Positions 10,406-20,900 of a DNA stretch of 64,000 nucleotides are shown here, in pieces. Every line of letters begins with the position of its first letter. Position 1 is the stretch's first letter. The DNA is from Nemertoderma westbladi (Eukaryota; Animalia; Xenacoelomorpha), in contig JAUCBJ010002429.1 of the NCBI GenBank assembly GCA_032718475.1, forward strand, positions 77,503 through 141,502. The letters run 5' to 3'. The notes beneath the pieces were generated by a model. That model made no database searches. It was not told where the DNA came from and saw only the letters and a list, made by a program, of their open reading frames with translations. The position numbers and the translations under genes were made by a program.

Positions 10406-13400
10406 CCCCCCCCACCGGTATGTCTGGTACTGGGGTTGATGTTAATATGTTGGGGCCCATACACCTATCCGCAATAATTCCCCCCTCCCCTGGGTATATG
10501 TTATGTCCCTGCATGCTGTAGTCATACTGCTGTGCTGGTACCGGTATAGGCCTATCAGCTTCTGGCCTACTCGCCGGTATGTATTCCGCGACTTCCGGGT
10601 TTAATCCCGTTGTCCGCGCTATCCTATCGCCTACATTGCCTCTCTCAGTATGGCCTACGGTATGTGCAGTAAGACCTACAGTATGCCCTACAGTCTGCAT
10701 GTGTTGCTCGGGATCGAAGTTTATTCTTCTCGAATAATCCTCCCCGCGGCTACCGTATTCTCGATCGGTAGGTATATTCCGTCGGAAAGTTTCTCTACGA
10801 CCCCCCTCTCCACTGTTTTCATCTTCGTACCGGTACATCGCGTACCCCTCTCTCGGCGTGTAATGCGTCTCACCGGATCGTATCCCTCCGGGGCGACGGC
10901 AATCTCCCGGAGTCCGACCCCATTGACTCTCCGTTCTCATCTCGACTACCGACGGCTCGCTGTCCGTCCTCGCTCTTCTATCGTTTGCGGCGATACTTCT
11001 ACTACTGTCTTCCTCTCTTCTCCTATCAGTGGAATATTCCCGCTCACGAGATCTCTCGTCGACCTCCCGGTTAAACCCCACTGTTCTTCTTTCCTCCTCT
11101 GATCGGGCTCGACGCTCCGTCTGCCCTCCCGCGACGTCAACCTGTCCTTCTCTGCTCGATCGCACGTCGCCGGGGATACTCGCAGTCCCCCCATTACTCT
11201 CCGTCGCCGGTTGTTGCGGTTTACCTTGTTCGGCCCTCGCATTGTCCGCTGACGGCTGTGGGACACTCTCTGCCCCCCCCCTCTCGCCGCTAACTTTCTG
11301 TTGTGGGGTGCTCGTAGCCCCCCCCCACTCGCTACATCTAACTTCGCTACCTCTCTCCCCACTATTATATACCTCTCTAGTCGACACATCAACCCTACCA
11401 CGGTCGGGTCTGTTCACCCCCGCCTCTCCCTCTGCTATTGCGTGGCCTTCCAGGCCCTCTGCTCCCTGCCTACCAACTACGCGGCCTACCAGGCCCTCTG
11501 CTCCCTGTCTACTAACTACGTGGCCTACCAGGCCCTCTGCTCCCTGTCTACTAACTACGTGGCCTACCAGGCCCTCTGCTCCCTGGTTACGTAGGCCCGA
11601 CGTGTCTACACTAATAGCACCCATATTGGAAACGGAATTAATTTGCTCATTTGAAACAAAATCATTTGTATTATTCTGCGCGACTACGTTATCTGAATTA
11701 TTTTGTAAATTCGGGCTAAAATCATTATTTGAATTATTCGAATTATTCTGTGTAATTGCGTTATTTAAGTTATTTTGTAGGTCCGAATTCGAGTTATTAT
11801 TTTGATTATTTGAATTATTTTGCGTAACTACATCAATATTAGGATTATTTTCTACATTAACACTGGGGTTGTTCTGATTTAAATTTAAATTACTGCCACC
11901 AGGCAAAGTATTTCCTGTAATAAAGGTTTGATTAGCGTTATCCCATACGGTACTATTAATATCAACAACGTCTACTGTACCATTATTATTATTATTACCC
12001 CCCCCGCTCGTACGGTCGCACCAGTCTTGAGTCTGTCGTGCGGTCCCTGTCAGTGGAGTATTAACAAATACGTCTACGGCCCTTGGCTCCTCAAAAATAC
12101 TCGAGCCGGCCCCCCTTTCAGACGGCGGTCCCACTTGCACGTATTCCAACTCGTGCGTCCCTCTAATTATATCTTTCGCATACTCACTCTGCCGTTCCTT
12201 TAATTCCCTATGCTCCCTTTCACCCTTTGCCACTATCCCCTCACGCTCCTGGGTGTCCTTGATGGCCGAGTCTGCGGCACTCTTAATGCTCTCCCTTCGT
12301 CTCGCCCCACGCTCCTTACGTTCCTCTTCCTTCCTCGCCTCACGCTCCTTGCGTTCCTTTTCCTTCCTCGCCTCACGTTCCTTGCGTTCCTTTTCCATTT
12401 TCGCCTCACGCTCCTCGCGTTCCTTTTCCTCTCTCGCTTCACGCTCCTCGCGTTCCTTTTCCTCTCTCGCTTCACGCTCCCTACACTCCCTTTCCTCTAT
12501 CTCATCATACTCCCTTAGGCTTTTCAAAGCCCTTTCGGCCCTTTCTCCGGTTTCTCTAAGCAATACCGTTTCCCTCTCTAACCGCACTCTTCCCTCCTCT
12601 AGCCGTTCCTTCATTTCTCTCTGACCTTGCTCTGCCATGCTGAGACGGTATGTGACTCCTATTTTTCTCACCGCTCTTTCTTTCGCGGAGGATGTAGCAG
12701 ACTTATCGGTTACGACGGACTTCCCTCGCCTTCCCGACCTACTAGCTTTCTCCCCCTTTTCGGAGCTTTCTCCGACCGACGAGGCCGAATCCTCGGTGTT
12801 AGCCTCGGATTCGCCCTCCTCAGGTCCCTTCCAACCCACTGGTTTCACTCCCCGGGCATCGACCAAGTATGGCCCTATGTACACTGGCGCTACGCTAGGT
12901 CCCATACTCCCACACTCCCATAGTTCAAACAGTTCGCCGGCTATCCTTTTTGCTCTCTCCCCGGCCAGTTTTCTCTGCTCAAAACGTATTAGGTAATTTA
13001 AGTGTTTATCCGACTCACCTAGTCGCTTTCTCAGTCTCACCTCGTCTACCTTCGCCCCTTCCTTCTTGGCGTCGTTTATCAGCTTCCGGGTCGCGTTGTA
13101 GGCCCGTCGAAGTCGCTCAGAAACCCCGACGTCCTCGTCGCCGACCTCTCCTCCGTCCCTCCGGGTTCGACGTCGTACCGGCGGCTCCACCGTCGCCGTT
13201 CCGGTGGGCCGTCCGTCGCCCTCGGCCTGTAGCTGGCCGGCGACATCGGTACCGATCTCTCCTCCGTCTCTTCGCGTCCGGCGTCGCACCGTCGGCCCCA
13301 CCGTCGCCGTTTCGGTGGGCCGCCCGTCGCCCTCGGCCGGTAGCTGGCCGGCGACATCGGCGCGCCGTTCTCCCTCTCGTGTCGACTCGCCTCCATCTCC

Positions 13401-13604
13401 CTCCATCTCGCTCTCTTTATCCTCCGGCTCGAGTCCCTCTCCTCTCAACTCGGGTTCTGATTCCAGACGGTCCCCCTCGTCTTGGACTTCCGGGTCGCCC
13501 GTTACCGATGGCTCCGGCGTCGTGGGCCTATACCGCCTGGTCGCGGCCTCGCGGATCGTTTGATCTTCGTCCGGGGTCCGCGGTGTCTCGCCCGATTCAC
13601 TCAT
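10395..13604 (-). CDS. gag: Element A gag N-terminal part (low complexity, coiled coil, Asn-rich), frameshifted from pol at a G10 run
   Basis: 1069-aa ORF starting about 80 nt after the 5' LTR; removing one G from the run fuses it to pol as a 2843-aa protein. Confidence 0.85.
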   Translation of the reverse strand: MSESGETPRTPDEDQTIREAATRRYRPTTPEPSVTGDPEVQDEGDRLESEPELRGEGLEPEDKESEMEGDGGESTREGERRADVAGQLPAEGDGRPTETATVGPTVRRRTRRDGGEIGTDVAGQLQAEGDGRPTGTATVEPPVRRRTRRDGGEVGDEDVGVSERLRRAYNATRKLINDAKKEGAKVDEVRLRKRLGESDKHLNYLIRFEQRKLAGERAKRIAGELFELWECGSMGPSVAPVYIGPYLVDARGVKPVGWKGPEEGESEANTEDSASSVGESSEKGEKASRSGRRGKSVVTDKSATSSAKERAVRKIGVTYRLSMAEQGQREMKERLEEGRVRLERETVLLRETGERAERALKSLREYDEIEERECREREAREEKEREEREAREEKEREEREAKMEKERKEREARKEKERKEREARKEEERKERGARRRESIKSAADSAIKDTQEREGIVAKGEREHRELKERQSEYAKDIIRGTHELEYVQVGPPSERGAGSSIFEEPRAVDVFVNTPLTGTARQTQDWCDRTSGGGNNNNNGTVDVVDINSTVWDNANQTFITGNTLPGGSNLNLNQNNPSVNVENNPNIDVVTQNNSNNQNNNSNSDLQNNLNNAITQNNSNNSNNDFSPNLQNNSDNVVAQNNTNDFVSNEQINSVSNMGAISVDTSGLRNQGAEGLVGHVVSRQGAEGLVGHVVSRQGAEGLVGRVVGRQGAEGLEGHAIAEGEAGVNRPDRGRVDVSTREVYNSGERGSEVRCSEWGGATSTPQQKVSGERGGAESVPQPSADNARAEQGKPQQPATESNGGTASIPGDVRSSREGQVDVAGGQTERRARSEEERRTVGFNREVDERSREREYSTDRRREEDSSRSIAANDRRARTDSEPSVVEMRTESQWGRTPGDCRRPGGIRSGETHYTPREGYAMYRYEDENSGEGGRRETFRRNIPTDREYGSRGEDYSRRINFDPEQHMQTVGHTVGLTAHTVGHTERGNVGDRIARTTGLNPEVAEYIPASRPEADRPIPVPAQQYDYSMQGHNIYPGEGGIIADRCMGPNILTSTPVPDIPVGGGTG

Positions 13605-13683
13605 CTCGTCTGCTCGGTGGAGTTCGACTAGCTAGGGTGGAGTTCTTTGAGTTTAACTAGGGCGGCAGCTCGGTTTTAGTTAC

Positions 13684-14221
13684 TGTGACGGGATCCAAGA
13701 GGGATCCCGATTTATCCGGTTGTGGTAATTTAGTCCACGCGTCCCCGCCGTGTATAAGGATGAAATAAAGTGACTGAGTTCTGAAGTTCGGTGTATAATA
13801 GGAGGTTATAAGATATAGATATGTTGTGAATGTGTACAAGGCGGGATACGGTAACTAAAGTCCCGTGATCCCCTAACTAAACTAATTGGCTGTACCCTAC
13901 GCTAGCACTGCTGCACTGGTATAACTGAATCACTGATTAATAGGTTATTGGTTATATTGCACGGTGGCCTTACTGCTACTCAATCGATGCCATTCCCCCC
14001 TCTGATTGGTTAATACCCTTGTTGGCGCCCCGTGGAGTATTCCCGTTCACTCCACCTGTTCTCCTTGGGTTAGGGGTTTGGCCCCTGACCCTCTATTGTG
14101 TGCTTCCTTCCCATTCTTATTGGGATGGCGCGAGTTGGTTAATTACCCAATCTCGCGGCTCCCAATATTGCTTATCGGCTAATAACTTTATGGGGTGTTG
14201 GCGGGATTGAATAAGCTAACA
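13684..14221 (-). repeat. 5' LTR of element A
   Basis: 538-bp copy of 543-1080; flanked by TSD ATTTG. Confidence 0.96.
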
Positions 14222-14980
14222 ATTTGTAATTAAATTTTTGTGTTTATTTAGAGATTGTAATCTCAACCAGAATTGTACGTAATTTGTAGTATTAAGTAAC
14301 TTAGTTAAATTAGAATTATTTGTTTTAGTGTCCAACAAGTAGCACTCCACTGAGAGCGCACAGCTTATGTGTAGTGACTCCCCCAGAAATAATAACATTT
14401 ATTTCAACATTGACAAAAACCCATTTCAACGGGTATATATATATTATAAATCAACTCAAACGATTTATAAATAGTAGGCCTGCCATACAACAATTAGGTC
14501 TCAATATCAGTTGGACTACTGCTTAAATAACGGTAATAAAGTAAGTTAAAGTAACCAAGTAACCCTTAAAATTCAGAAATTCAATTATTTAAAATAATTG
14601 ATATACCGGTATTTACAATAGGCTTATTATCTTTATTTTCATAAACTTAGGCTGAAATCATACCGGTATTCTGTAATTAATTTTAGTTAATAATTATACT
14701 TATATATACTATAAGTGTAAACTGCATACCGGTATCCACGATAGGCCTATTATATATTTATATATTTGTGCTGAAATCATACCGGTATTCTGTAATGAAT
14801 TCTAGTTACTAATAATACTTATATATACTATAAGCATACCGGTATTCTAATATTATATATATATCACGCTACACTGAGTAGCAGTATCGGTAATTAATTA
14901 CTAGGTTAGCAGTTAATGCTGAATTACTAGACTTGCTTAGACTGTAATATAGCAGTAGGCATTCAACTGTGTAAACAAAC

Positions 14981-17900
14981 ATGTCTGATACTAAGCAGAA
15001 CCTGTCAGACAGTTTATTAGATGCAACTATTTGCGACTCAGATAAGGGTGTAGAACCGTCTACACCTAAGTTCAGTTCACCTCCCACTGTGAGGAAGGTC
15101 ATCCCTCCAGTAGTAATAACAGAACCTAGGCTGGTCCAACACCATAGGTCTATCATAGGCACTCGAGCCCAGGTCAAGCGGGACCAAGAAGCAGCGGAAC
15201 AGCAACAACCCGCGAGCCAAGAACTTATTTCTCAGCGGCCCAACAGCTCCAGTAGTGAGGATACTGTAGAGCTGACACCCGAGCGCGGAGCAAAGATGAC
15301 GGATGCGGTTTATTCGGATCCCCTTCTCATCCTTCCTGCAGCCGTACTCACTAGGATATTGATCGCGGTGGAAGAACACCAGATCGATTGGGCGAGAAGT
15401 AAGCGATCGACTAAAGATAGTTATGCGGGATACACAAAGGAAGAACTGAAATCTATTGTCGAGTCGCAATGGAACTTCCCCGGACCCGGACTCCCGTTTG
15501 ATTTATCAGAAGCTGCCTGGGAAGACATACACCGGATGGGAGTAGCCAAGGAAACCATCGATCCAGCTGTGTGGAAGAGGTCCGCAGCCGGATACGCACA
15601 GGGATTCTTCAGCTCTATGGAGCGAGTAAAAGAACAACTGTTTCAACAACCTCAAGGACCTCAAGAGCAGGGACAACTGCTTTATCAAGTTAGAGAAAGA
15701 ATTCTGCGAATTAGGCTAATCTTATCGGCCTTTGAGGAGGCTTCTAAAAGAAGACAAGACACGTCGTTGCAAGTTGCCGTAAAGACTTGGTTTCAACGGG
15801 TGAGTCTCCAAGTTCAAGGAACGGCTCAGTGGAAAGCTCAGCTGGAGGAGCGCTCAACCCATGGAGAATCAACAGACGCTACTTTTTCCCAAGTGGAAAG
15901 TGAAGCGACGGCAGAGAACCCGCATAAGAGGGATGCCATTGATATCTATCTGTCAGACTATCAACGTTTCTTAGGTGATGAAGAGTTGAGGAGAAGGTTG
16001 GATGGACTTAACCCTAATAGTGAAGGAGCACAGCGTGTGCTTGACGCCATCGACGTGGATAGGTTAGCGGCGAACCAAGCTAAATTCGATGAACGACTCC
16101 GCATCGCTAGAGACCAAGAAGAAAAGGTGAAGAAAAAACGCATAGAAGACAGAAAGAAAGCAGCAGTAGCAGCTGCAGAAGCCGAAAGGAAAGCAGCCGA
16201 AGAGGAAAGTAAAGCAGCCGAAATGGAAAGAAAAGCGGCCGCGGCAGAGGCAGAAGCGAAAAGAAAAGCGGCAGCGGCAGAGGCAGAAGCGAAAAGAAAA
16301 GCAGCCGAAATGGAAAGAAAAGCGACAATGGCAGCGGCAGAAGCAGAGCGGATAGCGGCTGAAGAGATCGCCCAATTAGAATTGGAAAATATTCAGGAGA
16401 ATCAAGACTGCATAAATAAACAGTTAACAGCTAGTAATATGCAGATGATGAATCGATCTACTCCCAAAAGACAGGGATATACATCATCTGAGGAAGGCGA
16501 TACCACCGATACTGAAGGCAAAGGAAATAGATCTCACCTAAGCAGACGTAAAAGAACATCCCACCGTCAGAAATTGCCTGATTTGCCTCCAGCTGTTAGA
16601 AGGCAACTAAATAACACCAACTTAGGTAGTACAGAACCCACAGACCAAATAATTACAATAGAGAGACTCCCTACTATAGTAGATGAGCCTGAAATAATTA
16701 GGCCTGTTCCCGAAGCCACCCTTTCGGTGGTAGAGACACCTGTACTCCCTGAACCTACCTCTAAATTCCCTTTGCACAGTACCAAGCTACCTGTGCCCAG
16801 CAGAACAGCCCATGAGACAGTTCATGCCCTGGACTCCGAGCGAAATATTCATGATTTGTCGCCCGTTGTCCCTCGTCCGCCCGCTACAACGTTGGCGAAT
16901 CCCGCTTCGGCGGTCGAATGGGTGGATGAGAGACGACGGGGGATGGATCTCCTGCTCGGACAGATGCAGGAGACCGTTCAGCAATTCAAGGGCACAGTAA
17001 GGGAAAGTAGGCTAGAGTTGCAAGAAGTGCAGCAAAGTATCGCGCTAGAACGCGATAAATTAGTAAATACACAAAAGGGTATACCACCACCCCCTGTAAC
17101 AATGTGTCAACCTGTTAGGTCTGAAGTATCTCATGCGCAAGGTGTGGAGCCTACACGCATCTATACTGCTAGCGAAGTAGAAACTCCTATAGTGAACCCT
17201 ATTAAGGGTAATTATAGACCTGTTGATAATGATATTCCCTATAGACCGGATCATAATCCGAGAAATTTATATACCGATAACTCGATATTAAATAACACGA
17301 TGGCCCAAGAAAGTTTTACGCGTCAAATGGCTAGAACCGAAGCCCGGCAAGCGGTAAAGGTGGGAGAGATCGTCAAGTTCAATGGAGATGAGATGAAATG
17401 GTTACCTTTTAATGAATATTACAAAGATAACATACAGAACTCTGTGCTATCTAATGGAGAGAAACTTAGATTCCTCATCGAGTGCTTGGAAGGATCTCCC
17501 AAGTTAATGGCGTTAAAGTTTATTGGACATCCAGACGGATTAAGACAAGTTTGGGATACACTAAACATCAGGTATGGTAATAGGAATAACATAGCTGGGT
17601 ATTTGTATGCAAAGTTGGTAGCGCCCCGAAAGTTTATTAGCAGCGGAATTATAGAGTTTTCCGATGAGATTCAGGAGATCTGCAGACAATTAGATTGGCT
17701 AGGTAAGTCTCATGAGTATCAGAATGCTATGGTTATTAGAGCAGTGGCTTCTACTTTACCGAAGGGTGGAGTAGGTACACGCTGGGATAAGAAAGTGTTA
17801 TATATGATGGAACAACAACGACGAGACCCTACCATGGCTGATCTCATGTCATTCCTAGATGGAGAAGTGAAATTACAGCTCCTAAAATTGTCCAGAGAGA

Positions 17901-20900
17901 AGACACCGGAAAACAAGGTAAGTGAAAAACCCGTCTCTAGGAGAAAGGTAACACCAGTGTGTTATACAGACGACGGCGAAAGCCAGACTTCTCAAGGAGA
18001 AGATAGCGGGAAAGACACTGACAGATCTTATTATGTCAATAAAATGCCTAAAGATCAGGTAAGTAAATTCAAGTCTCGAACCAATGACAGGAGAGAACAG
18101 GTAAGAAAAACTCCTCCTACGTCTCCCAAGAGAATTCAGGTGAGAAAGCCCGAAGAAAAAACAAGTGTGCACAATGTTACGCAAAATAAGGTAAGTAACA
18201 TCAAACCGAAATGTGCGCTATGTGATGGGACCCATCGCTTGAATATGTGTGATGAATTCCTAAAGAAATCATTAACTGAGAGACGTGAAGTCATGTGGGA
18301 TAAGCGGTTGTGTTATAATTGCCTCAGACAAGGACACCAACGGCGAACCTGTTACTCTGACACAAGATGTGCCAAGTGCGGTGCGAAACATCATATCTTG
18401 TTGCACACTGAATTCGAGCGAAATAGTCCGAGTCAGGTAAGTGATTCCGAATTACATGTCCAATTCAGTGATGTGAACGACACTGATCAATCTGAGATGG
18501 AAGGATTCTATACGGACGAGTTCTCCGACGAAAACGAATCCTGTTACACAATAAATACCACAGTGTATCGAGCACTCACGTATGAAAAGGATACGGACAG
18601 CGACCTTACCCTAACTACTTCTGATCAACAACCATTTTGGAAAGCGCCAACTTCCAATGTAGGGATTAGAGAATTTCCTGTGGTACAGGTAAGGGTCCAC
18701 GGACCAAAAAGGAGTTATGTAGTGAACGCCCTCCTTGACTCCGGTAGTACAGGAACATTCATCGACAAAGAGCTAGCCGAGGACATATTCGCTGGACAAC
18801 CCAAGTTCCGAACTAAGCTAAACATGTCAGGAATTATGCAGGTTTGGAAATCTACAGTAACAGCGGATTATTATGTAGGTGCGTTGTCCACCCCCCAGGA
18901 CGAACTAGGAGAACATAGCATAAGGTCAGTGAAAATGGTGGCTATAAAGAACTTCGCTACTACTCAAGCAGACCTTTATAATTGGGACGAGGATGAGAGC
19001 ATCCAACATCTTAAGATACCTCGATTCCAGACTGATTATCCTGGAGTGCAAATACTCATCGGCCAAAACGCGCATGAGGCGCTCGAAACATTGGAGAAAC
19101 GGCCTGCTCAACCGCAGCCACTACAAACCTATGCGGTAAGAACTAGAGTAGGTTGGTACTTTACTGGCCCTTCCCGTAGAACTCTCATGGAAAGATTACC
19201 GAAAGATCAGGTATATCAAGTGCGAGAATGGGAAGTTGAGAACAGTGAGTTCGACGATCCAACTGAGGGAACTCCATACTCCTCAGACAACGACGATATA
19301 TATCAACTTTTCGATGAGGAGAATGCCATCGATCTCCTTAAGGAAAGCGAGACTTGGCAAAATCAAGTGAACTTATGTCAACTCCTTCTCCCATCCGAGC
19401 GAGACGACTATAACGACGAGCTTAATGACGTCATTGAACGTTATAATGCCAAGACTCGGGATGAACACGCCGTAAGATTCTTTACTCAAGAGGTTGTAGA
19501 GCCCAACTCCTACGATAAGGCCCTATCGGTGGAGGAAGAAAGAGCCAAGCAGATCCAAGCGACAACTACTCGTTTTCTTAAAGATCAAGGTAGGTATGAG
19601 ATCGGACTTCCTTTCCGAAAGCGAGAACCAAAGTTCATTAACAACAGACCTTTGGCGGAGAAAAGAATTGCGCAACTACATCGACGCCTTACGGCAAATT
19701 CTTCAGCTAAAGAAATGTATCAAACGCAGTTGAAGAAGTTTATTAGCAAGGGATATGCGGAGCTAGTACCGGAAGAAACACCTATAACTGAGAGAACGTA
19801 TTATTTAACTCACCATTACGTTCCCAAACCCGGTAAACCCCATGAAGTACGAGTGGTGTTTGACGGTTCCGCCCTTTATATGGGCCAATCTCTTAATTCT
19901 GAATTGTTACCCGGACCCAACTTACTCCAATCCTTGTTGGGAATACTATTAAGATTAAGACAATATTCCATTGCTTTCGCCTCAGATATAGAAGGCATGT
20001 TCTTACAAGTCAAAGCGCTGGATAGGGATCGAGATAGTCTACGATTTTTGTGGTGGCCCGAAGGAGACCTCAATAAGAAACCGGTGGAGTACTGGATGAC
20101 CATCCAAGCTTTTGGGATAATCTCGAGCCCTTCAAACGCCTGTTCCGTGGTGCGCACTACTGCGGATGACAACAGAGACGCCTTCTCTAAAGAGGTGATC
20201 GACAATATCAAACGAGACATCTACATGGACGATAATCTGAAGTCCCTTCCATCAGTCGAAGAAGCCATTGAGGTCGCTAAAGGAACGGTAGAATGCTTAA
20301 AGAAAGGTGGATTTCGATTAACTAAATTCACTAGCAACTCCCGTGAGTTTCTTGAGTCGATCCCGGTAGAAGATCGAGGAACAAAAGACCTAGATCTAAT
20401 AAAGGATGATCTCCCAGAAACTAAGACCCTTGGTTTGAAATGGGACACAGAAAGAGATATCCTGTTTTTCCAATTAAAACAGCGAGATAATCCAGTTCGG
20501 ACTAAACGGATTTGTTTAAGTATCCTGAGCACTTATTTCGATCCATTGGGATTTATTAGCCCAGTTATATTGATTGCTCGGAGTTTAGTACAACAAATGT
20601 GGCTTGAAAACCACTCATGGGACGATCCACTTAAGGGAGAGTTATTAAAGAAGTGGATGAAATGGGAAGATTCTCTACCAGCCATCGAAAACTTCATAAT
20701 TTCCCGTTCATATTTTGGTCATGTTCTCCCTACGTATTCATATCAACTCCATGTGTTTGGAGACGCCAGCGATATGGGAATAGGTATAGTAGCCTACCTA
20801 AGGGTGGAAACTCCGGACGGAATCAAGGTCGCCTTGGTTACCTCTAAGGCGTTGATAAACAACAAGTTGAAAGTTCCTCGAGCGGAGTTAAAAGCGGCTC

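Larger units (their letters stand above)
543..14221 (-). mobile_element. BEL/Pao LTR retrotransposon A, full length and recent, with an extra exonuclease ORF
   Basis: Two 538-bp direct repeats with TG...CA ends; 5-bp TSD ATTTG at 538-542 and 14222-14226; gag-PR-RT-RH-IN order with BEL-type motifs; PPT next to the 3' LTR. Confidence 0.97.

Noticed and set aside
5199-13660. Many plus-strand ORFs over element A, and antisense ORFs over ZSWIM
   Set aside because: Shadow frames of real coding sequence with no recognisable motifs
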